Below the pieces are notes generated by a model, which worked only from the letters and a program-made list of their open reading frames with translations, had not been told where the DNA came from and ran no database searches. Positions 18,801-27,350 of a stretch of DNA of 64,000 nt are shown here, piece by piece (positions within the stretch are counted from its first letter, which is position 1; the number at the start of each line of letters is the position of its first letter). The DNA lies in assembly GCA_964637115.1 (NCBI GenBank), contig CAZWVL010000001.1, positions 64,001 to 128,000 on the forward strand, given 5' to 3'. The translations under genes were made by a program, and so were the position numbers. This stretch comes from an uncultured Methanosarcinales archaeon (GTDB lineage Archaea > Nanobdellota > Nanobdellia > Woesearchaeales > ARS49).

Positions 18801-21800
18801 AATAGAGCAATGTAACGGAAAAGATGACAATTGTAACGGTCAAACAGATGAAGGAGGAGTATGCACGCCACAACCGACATGCAATGACCAAGACCAAGAC
18901 GGATACGGAAGCCCGGCAACAGGATGCCCACAAACACTCCCAGATTGCGATGATTCAAAGTCAAATATACATCCAAACGCTCCGGAAATATGCGATGGAT
19001 TTGACAATGACTGCGACGGATCAATTGATGAAGCAAATGTTTGTTGCGGAAACCAACAATGCGACACTGGACTTGGAGAAAATCTGCAAAGCTGTGCGCA
19101 GGACTGCTATTCAAGCTACCAAATTACAGGAATACAATCACCAAGCAGTGTGAATCAAGGACAAACTGTGCAAGTAACAGCCAGCATCAAAAATACGGGC
19201 ACCTGGCCAGGAACAACAAATGTGGAAGGAGGAATAATACCCGACGGCTGGTTGCCATTTAGCAGTTCAAAATGCTGCGGCAACAACAACTTTTTCGGCA
19301 CGCAACAAACAACAATACAGCCAGGGCAAACAAACAACATACAGTTTACGTTAACAGCTCCCGGTGTAACAACAAAAGACAGTTGCGGAGGACAATCGGC
19401 GTGGGATACAAGCCACGAAATAACAATTGGACTCTACGATAATTGCGGAAACACTTACCAGCTAAAATCAAATCAAGATATAAAGATACAAGATAAGCCT
19501 TGCTCAAAGCCAAGCGATTGTGCTCTGCCTGCTGAAAAATGCGTCATCCTAAGCACAACCGGAACTTGCCAGGCAAATACTTGCACGAACCTATGCACAA
19601 GCGGGCAATATGCGTGTAGCGGAGAAACCGTTAGGCACTGTGAAGACACAAACAGTGACGGATGCTACGAATGGAAAGACACGACCGTATGCGCACCTGG
19701 ACAAACATGCGTACCAGGGCAGAGCTCATGTACGGCCGTTCAGATATCGACGGAACCATTTATTGAAGAATCAGCAGGTGGACAAGTCTACAAGCAAATT
19801 GGCGACACTGTTATACTAAACCTGAAATTTTTCCAACAAGAGCAAATCTCATTATATTACGATTCAAACCAATTTGAACTGGACGCGACAACCTGCCAGC
19901 AGACATTTACGATAGACAAAGACACGGCCTGCAAGTTTAAAGTAAAAATAGGACTGCAAGGAGCAGAACTTGGAGTGCGAAAGCAAAATACGATCAAACC
20001 TGCAAAGGCTACAGTTGTTACAATAAACAATCATAATGGAATAATAATAACTAATAAGAAAAAGCTAAAGGAAAGATTTGCAGGGCAGGAAATAAGCGTT
20101 CAAAATCTTCTAAATGACGCATATAACTTTGCTGATGACAACAATCTAATCATCTATGACTTGCAGGAACTGCCAGTCATACATCCATGGGCAAACTTCC
20201 CAACATACCAGGAAACAATAGCAAACCCATTCATGGTGGACAACACTTTAGCTGTAGAAATAGGAAAATTCATACGCAAGAAATGCATTCCTCCACAATG
20301 CCAGAGCACGCTAATACTTGGCGACGATTATGTCGTTCCACACTATAGGCGTTATACACAATTCTTGAATTCATATTTCTTCTCTCCAGCTATTAATACA
20401 CAGCTGCTCTACTCAGAGATACCGTATGTGGAAAGAACCACAAAAGAATTCTCACAACTGGATGAAGTGCTAAGCGATGACAATATTGCAAAGCAAGTGG
20501 TTATCATTAAGCCTGATTCTCTGTCAACAGAAATGCGAACTGCTGTTAACCGGCTAAAGGCAACTCTGCAAGCAAACTTTAGCTCAAGCATAACAGAAAA
20601 AGATTCAAGCAATGTGACTTGCAATGATCCTCAGCTCTTCAACAATCTAAATGGCGTGACGATAATAATACTCGGAACAGAACAAAACAACAGAGCTTAC
20701 AACTGCATGCCATTCGTCGCAGGATTAGAGAATAGGGACTCCGCATTCCTGGAAGTCAACCCGTGGGACGGAGGCGAGTATTCCATTGTCATCAACACAG
20801 AAAATCCCAAAATTATTGAAACCTTCAGCGATGTACTTCGCACAGGAGTATACAAAAAGATAATTGGCAGGCACTGGTATTTCATAGAGATGGCAGTGAC
20901 AGCGGCAAGTTTTGTCGCCATGGCCTGCGGTCCAATCCCCTGTGATTACGTTGTGGACTCTATTGATGCGGGAATACAATGCGGTGTTAAAGAAGATGCC
21001 CTAATGTGCGGTGTCAGCACTGGAGTCGCAATCTTGCCAATTATACCAAGTGGGCCGGTAAAATTGGTAATAAAGGCATTTATCCACTATGTTGGACCTG
21101 CTGGAGAAGCGTTTATACTGAAATATGGGCCTGGAGCTGTTACGTTCTTTGCAGGTATTGGAGGAAAATTCGATGATTTCAAAGCGTATCTTAAGAAAGC
21201 AGTAGATTACTTTGATGTTGAATGGAATGTAATTATCAAAAATTTCAACACACCGGCAGATGAAGAAGCTCTTGCGTTTGGCATAAAGAACATTGAGGCA
21301 GAGGGCAAAACTTTACAAGCATTTGAATCTGCCTTAAGCAAGCAGCAAAAAGCTCGCATCCTTCACTCAATTGGAAAATACTCCTCAGAATTCTTTGCGC
21401 AAAAAGGTTGGAAACAATTTGACAAGCTTGATAAGAGACTGTATAGAGTTGATTTACATACGCCTGATTTCATCAAAAATGCAGGCGGATGGACAAGAAC
21501 GGGCGGAGATGATTACGTCGGTTATGTAAAACAATTGAAAAATGGAAGATTCGTAGCGACAAGCAGATACGTTTCTGGAGCATTCCATGGAGCGAAAAGC
21601 GCTGGAAGCGTTGCTGACGGAGGAACGGCTTACGTATACATAATAGATCCGCGCACGCGTAATTATATCGATGCCCTTGAAACCGTGCCAAATCCTGGAT
21701 CCAATATGTTTATCGAAAGTGAAGTAACTGCTGTCGACAACATAGACTGGAATGATGTTGTAGGAACAGCGGTCTGGAAAGATGGTGATGATCTTCCACG

Positions 21801-21870
21801 GTCTGTATCACCAAATCCATCTTACAAAGGTAGCATGAGCCTGAATAACCTTGGCTGGGAGGTTGACTAA
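15880..21870 (+). CDS. Giant membrane-anchored multidomain toxin carrier: TM anchor, I9 propeptide, S8 subtilisin, Cys-rich/MopE-like repeats, CARDB/Ig, C25-like subdomain, pre-toxin hairpin, C-terminal R-S-E ADP-ribosyltransferase
   Basis: S8 triad IAILDTG (D, 16474), HGTHVAG (H, 16561), GTSMSTP (S, 17029); two DCDD...NPxAxExCxGxDDxCxG repeats; toxin tip LYR (21439-47)...FVATS (21556)...YVYII...ESEV (21715-23)...NPSY. Likely start is TTG 15892, 4 nt after GGAGGT (15882-15887). Confidence 0.85.
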   Translation: MEVGLTKLNVPYIPKKGGLGVLALFGILFITLIFAFYFRPADEIVAKPTIAEQTINEAVTQLADNEVVIPVPKVTGVVSLDDPRPKIDPQLVKELKELKRQKKHKRVTVLVELKDERALEAIRQAGGIVQQNFDIGNIAVVEVQSDNVEKISEATGVEQVASEKEYVALLADRIPAFSIDTAAWENNITGKGVKIAILDTGVGPHNKITVAEGASFVDGEDTTDQNGHGTHVAGIAYGVAKDSAIYNAKVLNKAGAGTTSQIIAGINWAVENNVDIISMSFGGMFTELDGPLASAVKEAINNGVIFVVASGNCKTGCGGFYGVTTPGNVKEVITIGAVDNNNVVASFSSGDTFGEYIKPDVTAPGIDITSTWLNNGEKTSSGTSMSTPFVAGVAALLLEKEPGLTNEQVKQKLEATATDVGETGKDVLYGRGIISVASILSSNYSTPETPPQMDDTDLPPSDLSKYTLHEITGGASPEYITTDCPESLAYSTELNLSREEFYMAYEYCILQIENKVPELPTPDHYQNITDTSEYIRQAPRIYFENWQSYIPAGDVNETLIQELKLKVRDLQSFDFKTLANPEPLFDTQNHIEVDYDDNYNVFLGSNDDGVVWGGSTLSGRLQEGSSSPTNAQVICYDWCSEFDSAWDHCFSTSSTGASRSADFSACRARNSIINSVCSANNCAMGQAEGEHSIGTGSSGSREKCTVRSFYVTGCSSAYTLSGTFSATHYTISPRQFWCANSDTAYDDVGRFGNNLEWILMHTISCGTGNKCDATIDADNSDFGTSGTSVPSSLCRIDNGQSGCSQNSQCLAGSHCTSSHCCLNGQEWDGTGCSIPGTCTAGFNGNKRCSGNTPQWQYQNSDCSTTWQNQAACSTGTTCQNGDCVSTCNSNGLCESGETKPGCPSDCNKSIGAICTANNQCSTNFCDGNTGTCQAPTTCTDGDQDGYGNPGSATCSAGSTLLDCDDIDPFINPGAIEQCNGKDDNCNGQTDEGGVCTPQPTCNDQDQDGYGSPATGCPQTLPDCDDSKSNIHPNAPEICDGFDNDCDGSIDEANVCCGNQQCDTGLGENLQSCAQDCYSSYQITGIQSPSSVNQGQTVQVTASIKNTGTWPGTTNVEGGIIPDGWLPFSSSKCCGNNNFFGTQQTTIQPGQTNNIQFTLTAPGVTTKDSCGGQSAWDTSHEITIGLYDNCGNTYQLKSNQDIKIQDKPCSKPSDCALPAEKCVILSTTGTCQANTCTNLCTSGQYACSGETVRHCEDTNSDGCYEWKDTTVCAPGQTCVPGQSSCTAVQISTEPFIEESAGGQVYKQIGDTVILNLKFFQQEQISLYYDSNQFELDATTCQQTFTIDKDTACKFKVKIGLQGAELGVRKQNTIKPAKATVVTINNHNGIIITNKKKLKERFAGQEISVQNLLNDAYNFADDNNLIIYDLQELPVIHPWANFPTYQETIANPFMVDNTLAVEIGKFIRKKCIPPQCQSTLILGDDYVVPHYRRYTQFLNSYFFSPAINTQLLYSEIPYVERTTKEFSQLDEVLSDDNIAKQVVIIKPDSLSTEMRTAVNRLKATLQANFSSSITEKDSSNVTCNDPQLFNNLNGVTIIILGTEQNNRAYNCMPFVAGLENRDSAFLEVNPWDGGEYSIVINTENPKIIETFSDVLRTGVYKKIIGRHWYFIEMAVTAASFVAMACGPIPCDYVVDSIDAGIQCGVKEDALMCGVSTGVAILPIIPSGPVKLVIKAFIHYVGPAGEAFILKYGPGAVTFFAGIGGKFDDFKAYLKKAVDYFDVEWNVIIKNFNTPADEEALAFGIKNIEAEGKTLQAFESALSKQQKARILHSIGKYSSEFFAQKGWKQFDKLDKRLYRVDLHTPDFIKNAGGWTRTGGDDYVGYVKQLKNGRFVATSRYVSGAFHGAKSAGSVADGGTAYVYIIDPRTRNYIDALETVPNPGSNMFIESEVTAVDNIDWNDVVGTAVWKDGDDLPRSVSPNPSYKGSMSLNNLGWEVD

Positions 21871-22661
21871 TGACTTACATCTCAATAACGAAGTGGACAA
21901 ATAAAGCGCTGGACTTCTTTAAAGAAATCGCTTCACGTGCAAACAAGCACTTCGGTACTCAGTTTGCTGTCCAGCGCGAAATAGAAATCCCTGATAGAGA
22001 CAGATATTCTGTTTTTGAGAAGAATAATTCAAATGTTTCAATTAATGTTGACGTGCTTCCTGCTTACCCGCCGAAGTTTCCTCTATCGTCGGTGAACGTC
22101 AGAATTTCTGTAACAGGAATGGATGAGCGATTCGCGCTTCAAACAATAACCGAATTTTGCAGGAAAATTGCAATTGATTACGGAGACTCCATCGTGTGGG
22201 TGGGAGCCGAAATAAGTATTGAGCCACCTACTTATTACACAATTAATTACACTCGCGACCTTAATGAAAGAGCTTTCTTTGACAGACTTCAAGTTTATCA
22301 TAAAGAACTCATCCATGGCGAGCCGTTTGTAATTTACGCCTACACGTTGCCTCACATCAAAGATGCGATTGAAGTCATCTGGGATAATGCTGAGTTAGAA
22401 GAACTTGGCGCACACAAAAAGATTTCTGTTGGATTCAAGCTGTTTGTAGTCCCCAAAAAACCAGAAATGGGCTGCATTGGATTGGTTGGAAAAGCACTGA
22501 ATCCACCCCATGGACTTATGATTAAAGCTGATACCTATGATGAATTGCAAGCGAAAATTCGCGAGAATCTTGAAAAGCGCGGACTGCGGCTTATTACAGA
22601 CCTCGTAGCGCTTATTGCGGCCAGCAAAAGCGTCAACGAATACGGTGTAGAATGGAAATGA
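21870..22661 (+). CDS. Cytoplasmic orphan protein, candidate immunity protein
   Basis: TAATG overlap with the toxin stop, no signal peptide or TM, no recognisable family; overlaps the next gene by 10 nt. Confidence 0.65.
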   Translation: MTYISITKWTNKALDFFKEIASRANKHFGTQFAVQREIEIPDRDRYSVFEKNNSNVSINVDVLPAYPPKFPLSSVNVRISVTGMDERFALQTITEFCRKIAIDYGDSIVWVGAEISIEPPTYYTINYTRDLNERAFFDRLQVYHKELIHGEPFVIYAYTLPHIKDAIEVIWDNAELEELGAHKKISVGFKLFVVPKKPEMGCIGLVGKALNPPHGLMIKADTYDELQAKIRENLEKRGLRLITDLVALIAASKSVNEYGVEWK

Positions 22662-25600
22662 AGAATACGCTTTGGATACTTGCACTGATTTTAATAATTG
22701 CAATTCCAGTAGCTGCCATTCCCTCAGTCTACGAGTCAACATCTGTCTCGCGCATAGTGGGAGATACTCCGCTTGAAATGCAAAATCAGCTGAAGAGAGA
22801 CGACCTTGACCTTGAGTCAGCAGGACTGTTTGACGACTCACTCTCGCCCCTAATACAATCAAACATGTTCAACAGCTTCCCACAAGCATTCCAACAATCG
22901 CCAGATGATTCCTGGCTTCAAAACAGCGGAAAAACCCTGCTAGTCTATAATTCTCAATGGTATACAAACACTCATACGAGCAACAATTACATCACCACCG
23001 GCTCACTGCCAAAATTATCAAGCCCAGAATCACTCGTTATTGCCAATACGCACTATGCGGGAATCGCACTGCCTAAAATAGATGCTTTTGGAGATAGGCT
23101 TTCATCAAAAACAACACTAATAGCGCCTCTCTCACGCAGCAGCACTCGTTTCCTTGAATCTGTTATCTGCAACTTAGGCAGAAACGACGGACTGCCAATA
23201 GGAGAAACATTCAGACTAGCACGAAACAATTATCACTGGAACACTAAAGACGATCAAGATATAATCGGGCTTTCATTACTGTCATACGCTCTTTACGGAA
23301 ACCCGTTCGCAAAAGCAGAAGTTCCTGAATTTGACACATCTGCAAGAGACTATCACTGCGAGAACCGATTAGCAGATTATACTGTAAGTGCATTATCAAG
23401 CAGCCCGATAACCAGCACAACTGATGGATTCCAGCAAACGCACACATATACCATCCAGGACTATGATATCGAACAAACAGGCACATTTGAAATAATAAAT
23501 TCAGCAGACTTCGAACTCGGATACGAGCCAGGAGAATTAGTGCTGCCATACAAATCATTGATATTCCAATTCCCGCATAAAACAATTATCACAGGATACG
23601 ACATAGAGTTTTCCAATCCAGTCGATATTACTGCAAACATACCAGAATGGAATGGCGAAAATTACACCAATAGAATTTGCTCAGTTTCCTCTCAAAATGA
23701 AAGCGCGACAATAAACCAAGTCAACTCTCCAGACTCACAAATCGTAATCGCTAAATTAAACCCAATTGAAATCACAGATTGTGAACAAGGCTCGTTCACT
23801 CTCTACCGGACCGCGTCAATAACACTTAGTTATTATCCATACTCGCCGATCAGAATTACGAGCGTAGAAGCGCCACAAGAATCACTCCCATCAGAATTTA
23901 AAACAATAAAAGTCAACATTGAAAATACGCAGAACACGCCAACAACCGGCACACTTATACTGAAAAACGAGCAAGGAATAGTTAGCGTTAATACGATCAG
24001 CACAACACAATCACAACACAATCTGGAAATTTATACTCCTGCAGAAGAAGGAACATACACTTATACTGTGGAGTTCGTACAAAACGGCGACGTGAAGACC
24101 AGTACAACATTCACAACTGAAGTAAGCATATTGGACGCAAGCCTCGAAATTCCAGATGTCGTCCAGGATGAGGCAGACATAGACGTGCACATTACAAATA
24201 AGAAAACAACAAGCATGCAGAGCGACATAACAGCATATCTAAGCAAAGACGGACAGACAATCAGTCAACAAACGCAAAGCATTCAATTACAACCAGGAGA
24301 AAATACTGCAACATTTACCTTTACAGACTTACAAAAAGACGATCAACAGTACGATGTTCTCGTAGCTATACCTTATGAGAACAAGATAAAGACGCTAACC
24401 GGTAAAATTGTCACAAATCATGATCCATCAATTCTCAATACTAATGTAATCTACCAAGAAGGCGACACGGTCTTGATTACACCAAACGTGGCAGATGCAG
24501 ATGGAGACACAATAATCGCCAGTATAACTGACCAGCCATTTGAATTAGACGGTAGCCATACACTTGATTATGAAAGCAGCGGCGAATACACGTACACTGT
24601 AGAAGCAACAGACGGTACAACAACCGTGCAACAAACATTCGGCGTCCTTGTTCAAAACACTAACAGACCACCAGTCATCAGCACGCCTGAAAATGTCACA
24701 GGAAAAGAAGACCAACAAATCACCATACAAGCATCTGCAACAGATCCTGACAATGAAAACTCTGTTGATAATGATGATAACCAGCTCACAATAACTTACG
24801 ATTATCCATTTGATCAAAATGGAGCATATACGCCAACATATGAAGAATCAGGCGAAATATATGTCACGGTTACAGCAAGCGATGGAGAACTTTCTGATGC
24901 CGTGCTAGTCAAAGTTGTTATTGCCAACGTCAACAGGCCACCACAACTAGACGATCTAGCAAATATCACCATCAATGAAGGCGAATTTGTAGACTTATGG
25001 AAAGGAAGAGACCCAGATAATGAGAATAATGTGACAAACGACGATAACACTCTCTGGATGTACTTTGCAGGCGGACCAGATGGAGGGCCGATAAACCATT
25101 ACGGCAAGTGGCAGACTGATAATGAAGACAGCGGAGTGTATCCGATGACTGTGCAAGTGGAAGATGGAGAACTGAAAGCAGGCAAGCTGATTACGCTGAC
25201 TGTGCAGAACGTGAACAGGCCGCCAATAATAACAGCTCCAGATGTAGTGTATGCTTCAGGTTCTGTTGATTTATCACAATATATTACTGATCCTGATAAT
25301 ACAAACAGCGTGGCGAACGATGACAATACTCTGAGCGTTACTTATGGCTCTCCATTTGATGGAAATGGCAGATGGACGCCAGCACAGCCAGACAGCGCAG
25401 CACAAGTAACAATAACAGTTTCAGACGGAGAATTCAGCGTAACAAAGACGATAATGGTAATGGTAGATGTTGTAGGAGTACAGCCGGTACAAAGCCCGCC
25501 AGTTCCAACAGAAGAGCCAGAAGCGCCGGAACCAACTCAGACTCAAGAAAGTACAACCGATACAAGCGATCCAAGCCCGCCAATACAATCAACGCCGCCT

Positions 25601-26665
25601 GCAAGTACACCTGTATCAGATCCAGCACCTGCGCCGGGCTCAACACCAGTACAGCCAACAAATACTCCGGCAGGACAAACAATATCGTCAAGCACACAAC
25701 AAATTCCTCAGCAGGAAAGTCAGCCACAGCCAACTCCTCAACCAACAAGCCCGCCACCAGCACAACAAACCACTCCAACACCGCAGCAACAGACACAACA
25801 AACCCAACAGCAGCAGACAGCACAGCAACAGCAGACAACACCCACTCCAGGAACACTTGAAATCAAAGTCATTGTGGACAGCAAGGAAGTTGATGACGGC
25901 GATTCAGTAAAAGTAAAACCAGACGATGAATTCAAAGTCAAAGTGGAACTGGAGAATAACGCGGCAGAAGCCAAAGATGTAGATGTTGATGTGAAACTAA
26001 GCGACTTTGACCAGGAAGAAAGTGACAGCATAACTTTGAAAGCAGGCGAGAGCGAGCAATTCAAGTATACATTCGACATACCGAAGCTAACAGATGATGA
26101 CGAGTATCTTCTTGAGATAAGAGTGAATGAAAAAAAATGGGAAATAACGCTGAAAATAGACAAGCCATCACACGAAATTAATGTGAAAGCAAATGTGGAG
26201 CCGGAAATCGTGCTGTGCGAAGAAACTTCAGCCAAACTTAAAGTCAGAATTGAGAATACTGGCAGGGATGACGAAGAAGGAACAATAAAAGTAGAAAGCA
26301 GCACGCTGAAGTTGTTGGACGAATGGCCGTTTGACCTGCCGGAAGGGGAATCACAATTGTTTGAGAAAATTATTAATGCGCTAGTTCCCGGAGAACACGG
26401 TATTTCAGTAAAAGCGCTTTACGGAAGCAAAAACGCAAAAGCAGACGCGAAATTAACGGTAGAATCCTGCAAGAAAGAAGAAACACAAAACACGCAATTG
26501 GCGCCGGAGGAAAGAATGGCATCGGCACTTGCAAACAAGAAATCTGCGACACCAGTTAATGCAGACGCAATGCCGTTTGAAGACACAATCAGCATAATAT
26601 TTGTAGTGCTGAGTAGCATATTTGCAATTACACTACTAATAGCAATACCTAGAATATTCAGGTAG
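22652..26665 (+). CDS. Large secreted, C-terminally anchored surface protein: C25-like subdomain, Propeptide_C25-like domain, Ig/CARDB, cadherin-like repeats, P/Q/T linker, CARDB-like, TM
   Basis: Signal peptide MKNTLWILALILIIAIPVAA; LPIGETFRLARNNY...YALYGNPF; PGELVLPYKSLIFQFP...LNPIEI...TLYRTASITLSY; three NxNRPP boundaries with DPDNxN...NDDNxL Ca-binding-like loops; C-terminal hydrophobic helix. Confidence 0.8.
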   Translation: MEMKNTLWILALILIIAIPVAAIPSVYESTSVSRIVGDTPLEMQNQLKRDDLDLESAGLFDDSLSPLIQSNMFNSFPQAFQQSPDDSWLQNSGKTLLVYNSQWYTNTHTSNNYITTGSLPKLSSPESLVIANTHYAGIALPKIDAFGDRLSSKTTLIAPLSRSSTRFLESVICNLGRNDGLPIGETFRLARNNYHWNTKDDQDIIGLSLLSYALYGNPFAKAEVPEFDTSARDYHCENRLADYTVSALSSSPITSTTDGFQQTHTYTIQDYDIEQTGTFEIINSADFELGYEPGELVLPYKSLIFQFPHKTIITGYDIEFSNPVDITANIPEWNGENYTNRICSVSSQNESATINQVNSPDSQIVIAKLNPIEITDCEQGSFTLYRTASITLSYYPYSPIRITSVEAPQESLPSEFKTIKVNIENTQNTPTTGTLILKNEQGIVSVNTISTTQSQHNLEIYTPAEEGTYTYTVEFVQNGDVKTSTTFTTEVSILDASLEIPDVVQDEADIDVHITNKKTTSMQSDITAYLSKDGQTISQQTQSIQLQPGENTATFTFTDLQKDDQQYDVLVAIPYENKIKTLTGKIVTNHDPSILNTNVIYQEGDTVLITPNVADADGDTIIASITDQPFELDGSHTLDYESSGEYTYTVEATDGTTTVQQTFGVLVQNTNRPPVISTPENVTGKEDQQITIQASATDPDNENSVDNDDNQLTITYDYPFDQNGAYTPTYEESGEIYVTVTASDGELSDAVLVKVVIANVNRPPQLDDLANITINEGEFVDLWKGRDPDNENNVTNDDNTLWMYFAGGPDGGPINHYGKWQTDNEDSGVYPMTVQVEDGELKAGKLITLTVQNVNRPPIITAPDVVYASGSVDLSQYITDPDNTNSVANDDNTLSVTYGSPFDGNGRWTPAQPDSAAQVTITVSDGEFSVTKTIMVMVDVVGVQPVQSPPVPTEEPEAPEPTQTQESTTDTSDPSPPIQSTPPASTPVSDPAPAPGSTPVQPTNTPAGQTISSSTQQIPQQESQPQPTPQPTSPPPAQQTTPTPQQQTQQTQQQQTAQQQQTTPTPGTLEIKVIVDSKEVDDGDSVKVKPDDEFKVKVELENNAAEAKDVDVDVKLSDFDQEESDSITLKAGESEQFKYTFDIPKLTDDDEYLLEIRVNEKKWEITLKIDKPSHEINVKANVEPEIVLCEETSAKLKVRIENTGRDDEEGTIKVESSTLKLLDEWPFDLPEGESQLFEKIINALVPGEHGISVKALYGSKNAKADAKLTVESCKKEETQNTQLAPEERMASALANKKSATPVNADAMPFEDTISIIFVVLSSIFAITLLIAIPRIFR
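25490..25850 (+). repeat. Pro/Gln/Thr/Ser low-complexity linker (QQQT-type repeats)
   Basis: QPQPTPQPTSPPPAQQTTPTPQQQTQQTQQQQTAQQQQTTPTP; coding low-complexity sequence. Confidence 0.75.
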
Positions 26666-26708
26666 AATTTTAGACAGCTTTTTATACTAAAATAATACAG
26701 GCATCGAT

Positions 26709-27350
26709 ATGAAAAAAGAGATATTGATGATACTAGTGATATTAGGCCTGCCAACATTCTTCATAATGAGCTTTGGGCCAGCATATTCCGGGGCATTAGT
26801 AAATGAAGTATCACAGATGAGAGTAGACAGGATAAACATGGCATTACAGTTTCCACAATACCTAATACCGATGCTAAAGCAGCCGACATATGATGCACGA
26901 AATTATTTGATACAAGGCGCAAACGAACATTATTACGGGCCAACAGGCCTCATAGACGGCTCAGGATTCTTCTTCCAGGAAATGCAATTAATTCCAGCAC
27001 TACTGCAATTAATGTGTTTAGTGCAGATTGACCAGCCAAATCAGGGATTGTATATCAGCGGACAAGGATTGCAAATACATTTGATTAACAATTTATGGTA
27101 CAACAAGCAGCTGCCCTATCTTGGAAAAGTGTTATGCGATGGAACTGCACGAGACGCAGCACACGCAACACTGGCAAAAGTAATAGAAAACGATTTCAAC
27201 CTGGTGGAATACACGGTAGAACAGAGCAACTGCCCTGAAGCAGGACGGGCAAGCCTGCAGAAAGCGCAGGAAAACTTTGCAATCGGAGAATACGAGATAA
27301 TGCTTGATTATCTGAAAGCTGCAGTAATGCAGGCAAGTGCGTGCGCATGA
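26709..27350 (+). CDS. Hypothetical secreted/membrane-anchored protein (213 aa)
   Basis: N-terminal hydrophobic segment followed by YSGALV; own TATA-like tttttata upstream. Confidence 0.7.
   Translation: MKKEILMILVILGLPTFFIMSFGPAYSGALVNEVSQMRVDRINMALQFPQYLIPMLKQPTYDARNYLIQGANEHYYGPTGLIDGSGFFFQEMQLIPALLQLMCLVQIDQPNQGLYISGQGLQIHLINNLWYNKQLPYLGKVLCDGTARDAAHATLAKVIENDFNLVEYTVEQSNCPEAGRASLQKAQENFAIGEYEIMLDYLKAAVMQASACA

Noticed and set aside
20880-21440. HINT/intein or RHS cleavage motif before the toxin tip
   Set aside because: No HINT blocks or DPxG motif seen; the segment is a helical pre-toxin-like hairpin only.
22652-23310. Active gingipain/caspase-like protease
   Set aside because: The His-Gly and catalytic Cys positions are not evident, so it is reported only as a probably inactive fold.
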